Source: Nostoc punctiforme PCC 73102
Lineage (GTDB): Bacteria; Cyanobacteriota; Cyanobacteriia; Cyanobacteriales; Nostocaceae
DNA length: 32,000 bases
Direction: 5' to 3'
Assembly (NCBI RefSeq): GCF_000020025.1
Contig: NC_010628.1
Coordinates: 7,590,001-7,622,000 of the forward strand
The stretch's first letter is position 1. Each line of letters begins with the position of its first letter. A model generated the notes under the pieces. It did no database searches and was not told where the DNA came from. It was given only the letters and a program-made list of their open reading frames with translations. A program made the translations under genes and the position numbers. Positions 9,719 to 18,366 of this stretch are shown piece after piece.

Positions 9719-10069
9719 TGTTATATCCTCAAAATATTTAAATAATAAGTTCACAATGCTAGCTAGGTGATTAATTATCTAGCTACCGCTATTGCTCTGT
9801 CACAAGTTGCCAAAATTCATTTAATTAAAACGAATAGAAAGTTACTGATGTTTTTCAATCGCAGTATTTCTATCAACTTTTTCCTATTTAATTGAGGAAG
9901 ATGAATTATTGAACTTCTTGTATTTCCTAATTAAAATCCAAGCCCGATCGCCCTGTCGGTGAGAAAAGTTGACTAGTTAGTGTAAACAATTGTAAACTTT
10001 GCCATAATCTTCCCAGCAACAACAGACAAGTTAAATAATACTTAAACGATGCGTGGATCTTATTGAGCG

Positions 10070-13000
10070 ATGACGGCAGAAGAGGCACTCAAAATAGTCA
10101 ATGCTCTTTTACACTCTACCTTTGGGCAAAGGCTCAATGATGTTAAATCTGTGGTCTTTCTGGAAACTTGGAAAGGACAAACCTATGAGGTTATTGCGGA
10201 GAAACTAGGTTATCAAAACGACTATATTAAACAGGTCGGTTCGCAATTGTGGCGATCGCTCTCCCAAGCCACTGGTGAAGATGTCACTAAAAAAAATATC
10301 CAAGCTGTTCTGCATCGCTATCAGCAATCCCAAAGCACTACACAAGATTGGGGAGAAGCCATAGATGTTTCTCGATTTTACGGTCGTCAAGCAGAATTAC
10401 AAACTTTAGCAACATGGATTGGGAATGAACATTGTCGTTTCGTCGGGATTTTTGGACTCGGTGGAATTGGCAAAACTACTCTCTCAGTGAAACTTGCAGG
10501 GCAAATTCAGTCTCAGTTTGAATATGTGATTTGGCGTAGTTTACGGCAAGCATTGCCACTAAATACTTTATTGGCCGAGATTTTGCCGATTTTGATGGGT
10601 TCAGAGGCAACAATCAATAGTTCAATTAGTATTTTGATGCAACAGTTGCGGCAGAAGCGTTGTTTATTGGTTTTTGATAATGTCGAGTCAATTTTACAAA
10701 GTGGAAACCGGGGTGGACAGTACCAACAAGGGTTTGAAGGATACCAACAGCTATTTGAGCGGATCTGCGATGAACTGCACCAAAGTTGTTTGATTGTCAC
10801 CGGACGGGAAAAACCGGGCGGAATTGCGGTGCGGTCAGGAAAAAAGTTACCTGTGCGATCGCTCTCTCTATCAGGACTCTCAGCAATAGATGGTCAGCAA
10901 ATACTGATGGACAAAGGGCTAGATACAACACCTCAGCATCAAACCTTGGTTAATTACTTTGGTGGTAATCCACTCGCCCTCAAAATTGCCGCCACCGCTA
11001 TTCAAGATATATTTTGTGGTGACACACAAGCATTTTTGGCACAAGGTAATACACTTTTTAGCGATTTGTGGGACTTATTAAGGCAACAATTCGAGCGTTT
11101 ATCGCCTCTGCAACAGCAGATTATGTACTGGCTAGCGATTAACCGAGAAGGAGTAACACCAACGAAGTTACAAACAGAAATATTGCCGCAAGTACCTTGG
11201 CGAGAACTCTTAGAAGCTTTGGAGTCACTCAAGGGACGCTCACTTGTAGAAACAGCAGCGACAGGGTTAACGCAACAACCCGTAATTATGGAATATGTTA
11301 CAGAACAATTTATCCAGACTATTGAGCGGGAGATGATTAGAGGCGAACTCAACTTATTCAAAAACCACGCCTTAATTGAAGCTCAAACTCAAGACTACGT
11401 GCGCGAAGCCCAAATTCAATTTATTCTGCATCCATTAGTCGAGCGGCTTTTCACCCACTTCGACACACAAGCCCAACTTGAGGAGCAACTTTGCAAAATT
11501 TTAGCCCAATTGCGACACCAAACAGTAGTGCAAACAGGCTATGCAGGGGGCAATCTGCTGAATCTATTCTCTTACTTGCAAACCGACCTGAGTAGCTTTG
11601 ACTTTTCTCATTTGGCTATTCGCCAAGCTTACTTAGCCAACACCACATTACATAACACTAATTTTACTAATGTCAAAATTAGAGAAACTGTCTTTGCTGA
11701 AACCTTTGGTGGTGTACTCAGTGTTGCTTTTAGTTCAGATGGACAGTATTTAGCTACTAGCGACACCAAAGGCGACATTCAAATTTGGGATGTTAGCACA
11801 GTTAAACAACTAGTGCGTTGTCGAGGACATCAACATTGGGCGTGGAGTGTAGCTTTTAGTCCAGATGGACGGTATCTGGCCAGCGCTAGTGATGATTATC
11901 TAGTAAAGTTATGGGATGTAGAAACTGGGCAATGTCTGCACACATATCAAGGACATACTTACTCAGTTAACGCCGTTGCATTTAGTCCTAAAGGTAATAT
12001 CGTTGCAAGTTGTGGTCAAGATTTAAGTATTCGTTTGTGGGAGGTTGCACCAGAAAAGCTTAACCCAGAAGTTCAGACTTTAGTTGGTCATGAAGGTCGA
12101 GTCTGGGCGATCGCTTTTCACCCTAATGGTAAAATTCTCGCCAGTTGTAGCGAAGATTATACAATTCGCTTGTGGGATGTTGCTACCGGAAATTGCTTTT
12201 GTGTTTGGCAAGGACACGATCGCTGGTTACGCTCAATAACATTTAGTCCAGATGGTAAGTTACTCGCCAGTGGCAGCTATGACAACACTATCAAACTCTG
12301 GGATGTTAAAAGCCAAAAATGTCTGCAAACTCTACGCGGACATCGACAGACAGTAACTGCGATCGCATTTAGTCCCAACGGTCAGCAGTTAGCTAGCAGC
12401 AGTTTTGACCGCACAGTTAAATTATGGGATGTCAGCGGAAATTGCCTAAAAACCTTTCTTGGTCATAGCAGCCGCCTTTGGTCGGTTGCTTATCATCCCA
12501 ACGAGCAACAATTGGTCAGTGGTGGTGATGACCACGCCACTAAACTATGGAATCTTCAAATAGGACGCTGCACGAAAACACTCAAAGGACATACCAATAG
12601 CGTATTATCCCTGGCTCCAAGTCCAGACAGCAACTATCTGGCAAGTGGACACGAAGACCAAACAATTAAGCTCTGGGATATTAAAAACGGTACTCTAGTC
12701 CAAACATTACGGGAACATACTAACCGCGTGTGGTCAGTGGCATTTCAACCCGCTAGCCAGCATCCTTTACTTGCCAGTGGCAGTGCAGACTACAGTATCA
12801 AATTATGGGACTGGAAGTTAGGAACTTGTCTACAAACCTTACACGGTCATACTAGTTGGGTTTGGACAGTCGTTTTTAGTCCAGATGGCAGACAATTAGC
12901 CAGTAGCAGCTATGACCAAACCGTGAAACTTTGGGATATTAACACAGGTGAATGTCTGAAAACCTTCAAAGGACATAATAGTCCAGTTGTGTCAGTCGCC

Positions 13001-13594
13001 TTTAGTCCAGATGGTCAACTGCTTGCAAGTAGTGAATTTGATGGGATGATTAAGTTGTGGAACATTGACACTGGAGAATGCCGCCAAACTTTAACAGGAC
13101 ACACTAACAGCGTGTGGTCAGTTACCTTTAGCCCTAACGGTCAGTGGTTATTAAGTACAAGTTTTGACCGAACTTTGAAACTGTGGTTAGTTTCCACAGG
13201 GAAATGTCTCCAAACTTTTGTAGGACATCAAGACCCCGTTATGGTGGCGCAGTTTAGTCCAGATGCTCAGTTTATTGTTAGCGGTAGTGTAGATCGCAAT
13301 CTGAAACTTTGGCATATTTCTACAGGAGAATGTTATCAAACTTTGGTGGGTCACTCAGAGCTTGTTTATAGTCTAGTGGTAGCTTCTATCTCCCTTGGAG
13401 ACGCAACTTCTGCCAGATTGACTGCTTTCAGTGGTAGCTTAGACGAAACCATCAAAGTCTGGGATTTGCAAACTGGTAAATATGAGCAAACTTGGAGAGC
13501 GCCTCGCCCTTATGAAGGGATGAAGCTGGAAGAAATTCAAGGGTTAACAGAAGCTCAATTGGCAACTTTGCAAGCATTAGGCGCTGCTTCCTAA
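10070..13594 (+). CDS. STAND (NACHT/NB-ARC-type) P-loop NTPase with an N-terminal HTH-like module and 14 C-terminal WD40 repeats
   Basis: Walker A is GIFGLGGIGKTTL and the Walker B-like motif is CLLVFDNVE. Fourteen repeats end in (I/V/L)(K/R)(L/V)W(D/N/E/L/H), such as IQIWDV, VKLWDV ... IKVWDL, enough for two 7-bladed propellers. The N-terminal 85 aa (WKGQTYEVIAEKLGYQNDYIKQVGSQLWRSL) resembles a sigma-70 region 4/LuxR-like HTH. Confidence 0.9.
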   Translation: MTAEEALKIVNALLHSTFGQRLNDVKSVVFLETWKGQTYEVIAEKLGYQNDYIKQVGSQLWRSLSQATGEDVTKKNIQAVLHRYQQSQSTTQDWGEAIDVSRFYGRQAELQTLATWIGNEHCRFVGIFGLGGIGKTTLSVKLAGQIQSQFEYVIWRSLRQALPLNTLLAEILPILMGSEATINSSISILMQQLRQKRCLLVFDNVESILQSGNRGGQYQQGFEGYQQLFERICDELHQSCLIVTGREKPGGIAVRSGKKLPVRSLSLSGLSAIDGQQILMDKGLDTTPQHQTLVNYFGGNPLALKIAATAIQDIFCGDTQAFLAQGNTLFSDLWDLLRQQFERLSPLQQQIMYWLAINREGVTPTKLQTEILPQVPWRELLEALESLKGRSLVETAATGLTQQPVIMEYVTEQFIQTIEREMIRGELNLFKNHALIEAQTQDYVREAQIQFILHPLVERLFTHFDTQAQLEEQLCKILAQLRHQTVVQTGYAGGNLLNLFSYLQTDLSSFDFSHLAIRQAYLANTTLHNTNFTNVKIRETVFAETFGGVLSVAFSSDGQYLATSDTKGDIQIWDVSTVKQLVRCRGHQHWAWSVAFSPDGRYLASASDDYLVKLWDVETGQCLHTYQGHTYSVNAVAFSPKGNIVASCGQDLSIRLWEVAPEKLNPEVQTLVGHEGRVWAIAFHPNGKILASCSEDYTIRLWDVATGNCFCVWQGHDRWLRSITFSPDGKLLASGSYDNTIKLWDVKSQKCLQTLRGHRQTVTAIAFSPNGQQLASSSFDRTVKLWDVSGNCLKTFLGHSSRLWSVAYHPNEQQLVSGGDDHATKLWNLQIGRCTKTLKGHTNSVLSLAPSPDSNYLASGHEDQTIKLWDIKNGTLVQTLREHTNRVWSVAFQPASQHPLLASGSADYSIKLWDWKLGTCLQTLHGHTSWVWTVVFSPDGRQLASSSYDQTVKLWDINTGECLKTFKGHNSPVVSVAFSPDGQLLASSEFDGMIKLWNIDTGECRQTLTGHTNSVWSVTFSPNGQWLLSTSFDRTLKLWLVSTGKCLQTFVGHQDPVMVAQFSPDAQFIVSGSVDRNLKLWHISTGECYQTLVGHSELVYSLVVASISLGDATSARLTAFSGSLDETIKVWDLQTGKYEQTWRAPRPYEGMKLEEIQGLTEAQLATLQALGAAS
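11700..13470 (+). repeat. WD40-encoding tandem repeat region, about 126-nt period, conserved at the DNA level
   Basis: The 14-mer tttagtccagatgg recurs exactly at 11855, 12242, 12875 and 13001. One-mismatch copies occur at 11728 and 13253. The spacings are 387, 633, 126 and 252 nt. Confidence 0.85.
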
Positions 13595-13694
13595 TAATCT
13601 ATCAAATATATGAAACACTTCTTAAACATCTCTTTTCTCTCTTACTCTGTTACCTCTGCGCCTCCGTGGTTCGTTCCTTTTCCTTTCAAACTTC

Positions 13695-15503
13695 TCAGCT
13701 AATAGGTAATGTAAACCAGAAGGTTGCCCCTGCATCCAATACACTGTTCACCCCAATTTCGCCGCCGTGAGCATTGATGATTTGCTTACATAAATATAAG
13801 CCCAATCCCAAACTTACAGAATTGCGGATATTTGCACCCCGAAAGTAAAGGTCAAAAAGCCGATCGCTTTGTTGTTGACTAATGCCTACACCCTTATCAC
13901 TAACAGTACAATAAATCATCTCACCTTCACGGGTAGCGTTAATTGTCAATAGCAATCCAGGAGGATTGTGTTTGAGAGCATTGACAATTAAGTTAGAAAA
14001 AACTCGCCATAGTTGGGTGGGATCTGCATTCACTAATGGCAAATCTGCGGATACCAGGTTTGTCAGCTTGGCTTGATTTTGCTCTAGCAATGGTTCCAAA
14101 TCGGCGATCGCAGCTTCGACAACTGTCAGTAATTGTACAGGCTGACGTTGCACAACAACACCTTGCACTTCACTGACATGAGCTTCCATCAACGAATTAA
14201 TTAAGTTCAGTTGGCGATCGCTACTTTGAATCATCCGCTCTAAAATTGAGCGGGAAATCGAAATATTTTCCTCTGGACGTGCGAGCAAATTTTTCAGCAC
14301 CATTAAAGTACCCAGTACTGGGTTACGTAAGTCGTGGGAAACTGCATGGAAAAATACTCGTAGTTCTTCTTCGGTTTGTTTGCGCTGGGTAATGTCTTCA
14401 ATCAAACCTTCGTAGTAAAGCAGTTTTCCCTGTTCGTCACGCACTGCGTAGGCTTTTTCTGAAATCCAGACAATACTCCCGTCTCGGCGATAAATTTGAG
14501 ACTCAAACTCGGAAACGCTGCCATACTTTTCCATCAGACGCACAAATTCGGCGCGGCGGTTTGGATCGACGTACAATTGTTGAATAACAGTAGAATTTGC
14601 TGTCACTTCCTCCGCTAAGGAGTAGCCATAAATGCGTGCTAAAGCCGGATTTGCTGTAATGTAATGTCCATCGGGACTGCTTTGAAAAATCCCTTCAACG
14701 GCGTTTTCAAAAATACTACGATATTTAGTTTCTGCAACCTTGAGTTTTTGGTAGGCAGATTCCAGTTCTTGACGAGCGTAAAATTCAGAGCGTTGCAGGC
14801 GATCGTATAGATAAACACCAATGTCACATATAGCACAGAACCAAAAAATGTATAAAAGAAATGTCACACTATATATTTCTGGGTGTTCGGGGACTGGTGT
14901 CTTTAGCCCAAGCACCGTATTTACACCAAAATAGTAAACTAGCACACCCACTTGAGACAGCAAGTGAACAATCCAGCAGACTGGCATTAATATAGCTTGG
15001 CTCAAGAAGAGCAGTGACCAACCGATAGCATCGGGTAGTGCGAAACCTCTCAGGGTGGCAAATAACTGTGATGCGAGACTAATTGCCCAAGAAGACCCCA
15101 AAAATAATAAATCTGGACGATTACGACCTAATTTAGTTTTATGCAAGGCAAAGCAGATCAGTATACTCAGGAGCATTGCAATATTGATTACAAGGCGTTG
15201 AGTTCGAAGTATTTCTGGCAGACTTTCCAACTCTTTTAAAGAGAAGAAAAAGCCGTGAATGTCTCGCAAAGTAAAAGACAACAAACAAATCAGCGCCAGC
15301 CATAACCATAAACGCAATCTCTGCCACAAAAAACGGTTACGCCAAGCTCTGTAAAGAGTAGTGGTTTCATCTGTTGTGGGTGCAGAAAAGGTTTTTCTCC
15401 ACCAGCTTTGCACTGTTGTAAATGGAGTAGCTATTAGCATCCAAGCAACTTTGCCCATACTGTCGAGGGTGTTTCCTTTACTCAACATTGCTATAAATAA
15501 CAC
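13695..15503 (-). CDS. membrane-bound sensor histidine kinase (multi-TM N-terminal domain, PAS, HisKA, HATPase_c)
   Basis: The H-box is FFHAVSHDLRNP, the N box NLIVNALKHN, G1 SDKGVGIS and G2 SLGLGLYL. The PAS region includes NAVEGIFQSSPDGHYITANPALARIYGY. About 6 hydrophobic segments lie at the N-terminus. The start is GTG 15503 or ATG 15488. Confidence 0.9.
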   Translation of the reverse strand: MLFIAMLSKGNTLDSMGKVAWMLIATPFTTVQSWWRKTFSAPTTDETTTLYRAWRNRFLWQRLRLWLWLALICLLSFTLRDIHGFFFSLKELESLPEILRTQRLVINIAMLLSILICFALHKTKLGRNRPDLLFLGSSWAISLASQLFATLRGFALPDAIGWSLLFLSQAILMPVCWIVHLLSQVGVLVYYFGVNTVLGLKTPVPEHPEIYSVTFLLYIFWFCAICDIGVYLYDRLQRSEFYARQELESAYQKLKVAETKYRSIFENAVEGIFQSSPDGHYITANPALARIYGYSLAEEVTANSTVIQQLYVDPNRRAEFVRLMEKYGSVSEFESQIYRRDGSIVWISEKAYAVRDEQGKLLYYEGLIEDITQRKQTEEELRVFFHAVSHDLRNPVLGTLMVLKNLLARPEENISISRSILERMIQSSDRQLNLINSLMEAHVSEVQGVVVQRQPVQLLTVVEAAIADLEPLLEQNQAKLTNLVSADLPLVNADPTQLWRVFSNLIVNALKHNPPGLLLTINATREGEMIYCTVSDKGVGISQQQSDRLFDLYFRGANIRNSVSLGLGLYLCKQIINAHGGEIGVNSVLDAGATFWFTLPIS

Positions 15504-15522
15504 CCTCTCATTTTTTGGTGAT

Positions 15523-18258
15523 TTATGGGCGATTTGTTGCGAATGAAGTTGCTAGAGGTAATGTAAACCAGAAAGTTAACCCGCGCTTGCGGTTACTAAT
15601 AACACCGATTTTGCCGCCATGTGCTTTAATAACTTTCCGACAAAGATACATTTTTAAACCAATGCTGGTGGAACAACAATCTTGAGGATCGCGGACATGG
15701 AGATCGAAAAGGCGATCGCACTCTAGTTTACTCATTACTACACCATCATCTTGAATCTGAGTGCGAATCATTCCCCCCTCAATGCTGGCACTAAGAATAA
15801 AATTTAATCCTGGTGGATTATTTTGCAAGCTATGCGTGATTAAAGTTACCAAAACTTTCTGCAACAGAGTCCCATCTGCCATTACTAACGGTAAATCTGT
15901 GGGAACCAAGTTTTTCAGAGTCGCTTGATTTTGTGTCAACATCTGTTCCAAGTGGGTGACTGTTCCTCCCAGCACGGTACTAAGTTGCACAGGTTCATGT
16001 TTGATGTCAATACCCTGTTGTTCGCAGGAATTAATTTCTAGCAATGAGTTAATCATCGCTAGTTGGCGATCGTTGCCTTGAATCATTCGCTCTATTATTG
16101 AGCGAGATACTGGGATTGGAGATTGGGGATTGGGGATTGGGGATTGGGAAGAGACTTTTTCAATAATTCCCCCTTGTCCTTGATTCTCAGCCCCTAGTCC
16201 CCAGTCCCCAGTCCCCACTTTTTGATTTAACAAATTCTTTAACACCATTAAGTTACCCATCACCGAAGTTCGTAAATCGTGGGCAACTGTATGCAAAACA
16301 ACATCTTTTATCCGATCCAGTTTTTCAAATTCTTGCATTTTCTGCTGCAACTGTGCTGTTCGTTCTTCGACTTGTTGTTCTAAATTAGTGTTAAGTTCTG
16401 CAAGTTTTTGGTATATCTGGCTTTGCTGAATGGCGATCGCTACTTGTTCTGACATCTGTTGTAGCAAATCAACTTCTATTGGCTGCCAATGACGCGAACC
16501 TGAGCATTGATTGGCAATTAACGCACCAAATAATTCATTACCTAGCATCAGTGGTACTGCCAAGCTAGCCTTTGTTTGGAATTTTTGATAGTGTGCTTTA
16601 ACTTTGGGAGATACTGCTATTTGTGTAATGTCTTCAACAACACGCACAAGATTATCTTTTAGTAAGTTTCTCAATTCTTGTAAATAAGCTTCATCATTAG
16701 TAGACCAACCTAAGACTGATGGATACTTGGGATCTACTGATTCGGCAAGGGTTCTGACTCCTAACTTGGCATTATTTAAACCAATAAAAACTCTATCTGC
16801 TTGCAGAAATTGTCTAACTTCCGTTACGGTGGTTTGCAGAATTTCCTCTAAATTAAGGGAAGACCGAATTCGCACTAGAGTTTCTGCCAACAAGCGATCG
16901 CGTTGTGCTGATAGGCGAAATTGCGCTTCTACTTGCTTGCGTTCTGTAATGTCGTGATGGACTGCTAGGATCGAAGAGATATTATCTAAATCAATGATTT
17001 CGGCTGAAAGCACCGTTGTAATTATCTTGCCAGACTTTTGCCGAAATTCAAATTCCAAGTTGCGAACAACTCCTGTGCTTTGCAACTGATGTAATAAATT
17101 TAGGCGATCGCGATCGTCTACCCAAAAATTTAATTCAAAAGAAGTTTTACCAATCACCTCATCTCGCTCATAACCTGAGAGTTCGACAAAACTGTCGTTA
17201 ACTTCGATAAACCGCCCTTCTTGCAGCGTACTAATGGTAATGGAATCAGGACTGCAACTAAAAGCTTTAGCAAATTTTTGAGCAAGATTTTGTAAGGTTA
17301 CTTCTGCTTGTTTGCGTTCTGTAATATCTCGGACAATTGCTAGTACTTCATCTTCACCACTCACTACCAACCGCGCCTCATAATCTCTGACTCCCAAAGG
17401 CGTTGCTAGTTGATATTCGCAAGTTTGCAAAGTTCCAGAATCTAAAGTTTTAGCGATCGCTTCCAGGCTAATTGCTGCAACATCACTAGGCAATAATTCT
17501 TGTACGCGTTTCCCAACTATTTCTTCTCTCGAAAGAGTGATATTTGCTCCCTCACTTTTCAAATCTAGATACTCAGCATCGCGGCTAATGCGAAACATCA
17601 AGTCGGGAATAGCATCCAAAATTGCTTTATAACGAGCCTCGCTCTCTTGCAATTTTTCTTGGGCTTGTTTTCGGTCTGTAATATCCATGACTAAGCCATT
17701 CCACAGAAAATCGCCTGCTTCTTGTAGTTCGGGTTGCGAAGTACCTTGAATCCACTTCAGTTTGCCACTAGGCGTAATGATGCGACCTTCCCAATGCCAA
17801 GGTTTAAAAGTGGTACTACAAACAGTAATAGATTCTGTAAAAGCTTTTATATCCTGTGGATGAATCAGTTTGTATAGCACCTGAAAGTCTGCCTGCACAG
17901 CTTCTGGTTTTAATTCATACAAATATTCACAACCAGAACTAACATAAGGGATAAACACAGAGCCATCCTGCCGTTGCAGAATTTGGAAAATCATCCCTGG
18001 TAAATTGGCAGCAATTGTTTCCAACAGAGTCATATTCTCTGGTTGGAAATCTATTTGATGCGGTGATTTGACAATTTCATCCACTCTTTGACCCTTTGAT
18101 ATATAAGCAATTGGCATAATATTCAAGGCAATCATAGCCATTATGAGACTTTTTTGGCTGTTGGCGTTATCACTAACAGCATAAAAAGTTCCTCTACTTT
18201 CAGAGTAGTTCTGGATGCAGCGATCGCATTCACCCAATCGGGTGAACCAGTTATCCAA
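15523..18258 (-). CDS. multi-PAS/GAF sensor histidine kinase paralog with a degenerate catalytic (ATP-binding) domain
   Basis: Several PAS-like segments each end in the ITERKQ/ITDRKQ junction motif. A GAF-like region and a coiled coil follow, then the H-box VLHTVAHDLRTS. The C-terminal domain is paralogous to the downstream kinase, but the aligned N, G1 and G2 positions read TLITHSLQNN, QDDGVVMS and SIGLKMYL. The start is uncertain: TTG at 18258, with ATGs at 18141 and 18135. Confidence 0.85.
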   Translation of the reverse strand: MDNWFTRLGECDRCIQNYSESRGTFYAVSDNANSQKSLIMAMIALNIMPIAYISKGQRVDEIVKSPHQIDFQPENMTLLETIAANLPGMIFQILQRQDGSVFIPYVSSGCEYLYELKPEAVQADFQVLYKLIHPQDIKAFTESITVCSTTFKPWHWEGRIITPSGKLKWIQGTSQPELQEAGDFLWNGLVMDITDRKQAQEKLQESEARYKAILDAIPDLMFRISRDAEYLDLKSEGANITLSREEIVGKRVQELLPSDVAAISLEAIAKTLDSGTLQTCEYQLATPLGVRDYEARLVVSGEDEVLAIVRDITERKQAEVTLQNLAQKFAKAFSCSPDSITISTLQEGRFIEVNDSFVELSGYERDEVIGKTSFELNFWVDDRDRLNLLHQLQSTGVVRNLEFEFRQKSGKIITTVLSAEIIDLDNISSILAVHHDITERKQVEAQFRLSAQRDRLLAETLVRIRSSLNLEEILQTTVTEVRQFLQADRVFIGLNNAKLGVRTLAESVDPKYPSVLGWSTNDEAYLQELRNLLKDNLVRVVEDITQIAVSPKVKAHYQKFQTKASLAVPLMLGNELFGALIANQCSGSRHWQPIEVDLLQQMSEQVAIAIQQSQIYQKLAELNTNLEQQVEERTAQLQQKMQEFEKLDRIKDVVLHTVAHDLRTSVMGNLMVLKNLLNQKVGTGDWGLGAENQGQGGIIEKVSSQSPIPNPQSPIPVSRSIIERMIQGNDRQLAMINSLLEINSCEQQGIDIKHEPVQLSTVLGGTVTHLEQMLTQNQATLKNLVPTDLPLVMADGTLLQKVLVTLITHSLQNNPPGLNFILSASIEGGMIRTQIQDDGVVMSKLECDRLFDLHVRDPQDCCSTSIGLKMYLCRKVIKAHGGKIGVISNRKRGLTFWFTLPLATSFATNRP
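16108..16219. repeat. two opposed STRR1-like heptamer arrays, (ATTGGGG)n and (CCCCAGT)n, with a 41-nt spacer, in frame inside the kinase gene
   Basis: On the plus strand, attgggg-type units run from about 16115 to 16149. cccc(t)agt units run from 16191 to 16219. Together with the spacer they are translated as KVGTGDWGLGAENQGQGGIIEKVSSQSPIPNPQSPIP. Confidence 0.85.
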
Positions 18259-18366
18259 GAACTAATCACTTCACAATTGCTGTACATGAATAGCGCGGCG
18301 TTTAACCCGTGCTGAGTGAAGTTGAGGTAAAGGTTTAAGGACTAGATTGAATTTCTTAATTGAGTT

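Noticed and set aside
16108-16219. A possible CRISPR array, considered here and also for the repeats at 5739-5766 and 24662-24768.
   Set aside because: The units are only 7 nt long and directly abutting, with no spacers. There is no leader and no cas genes in the window. They are STRR-type heptamer arrays, not CRISPR.
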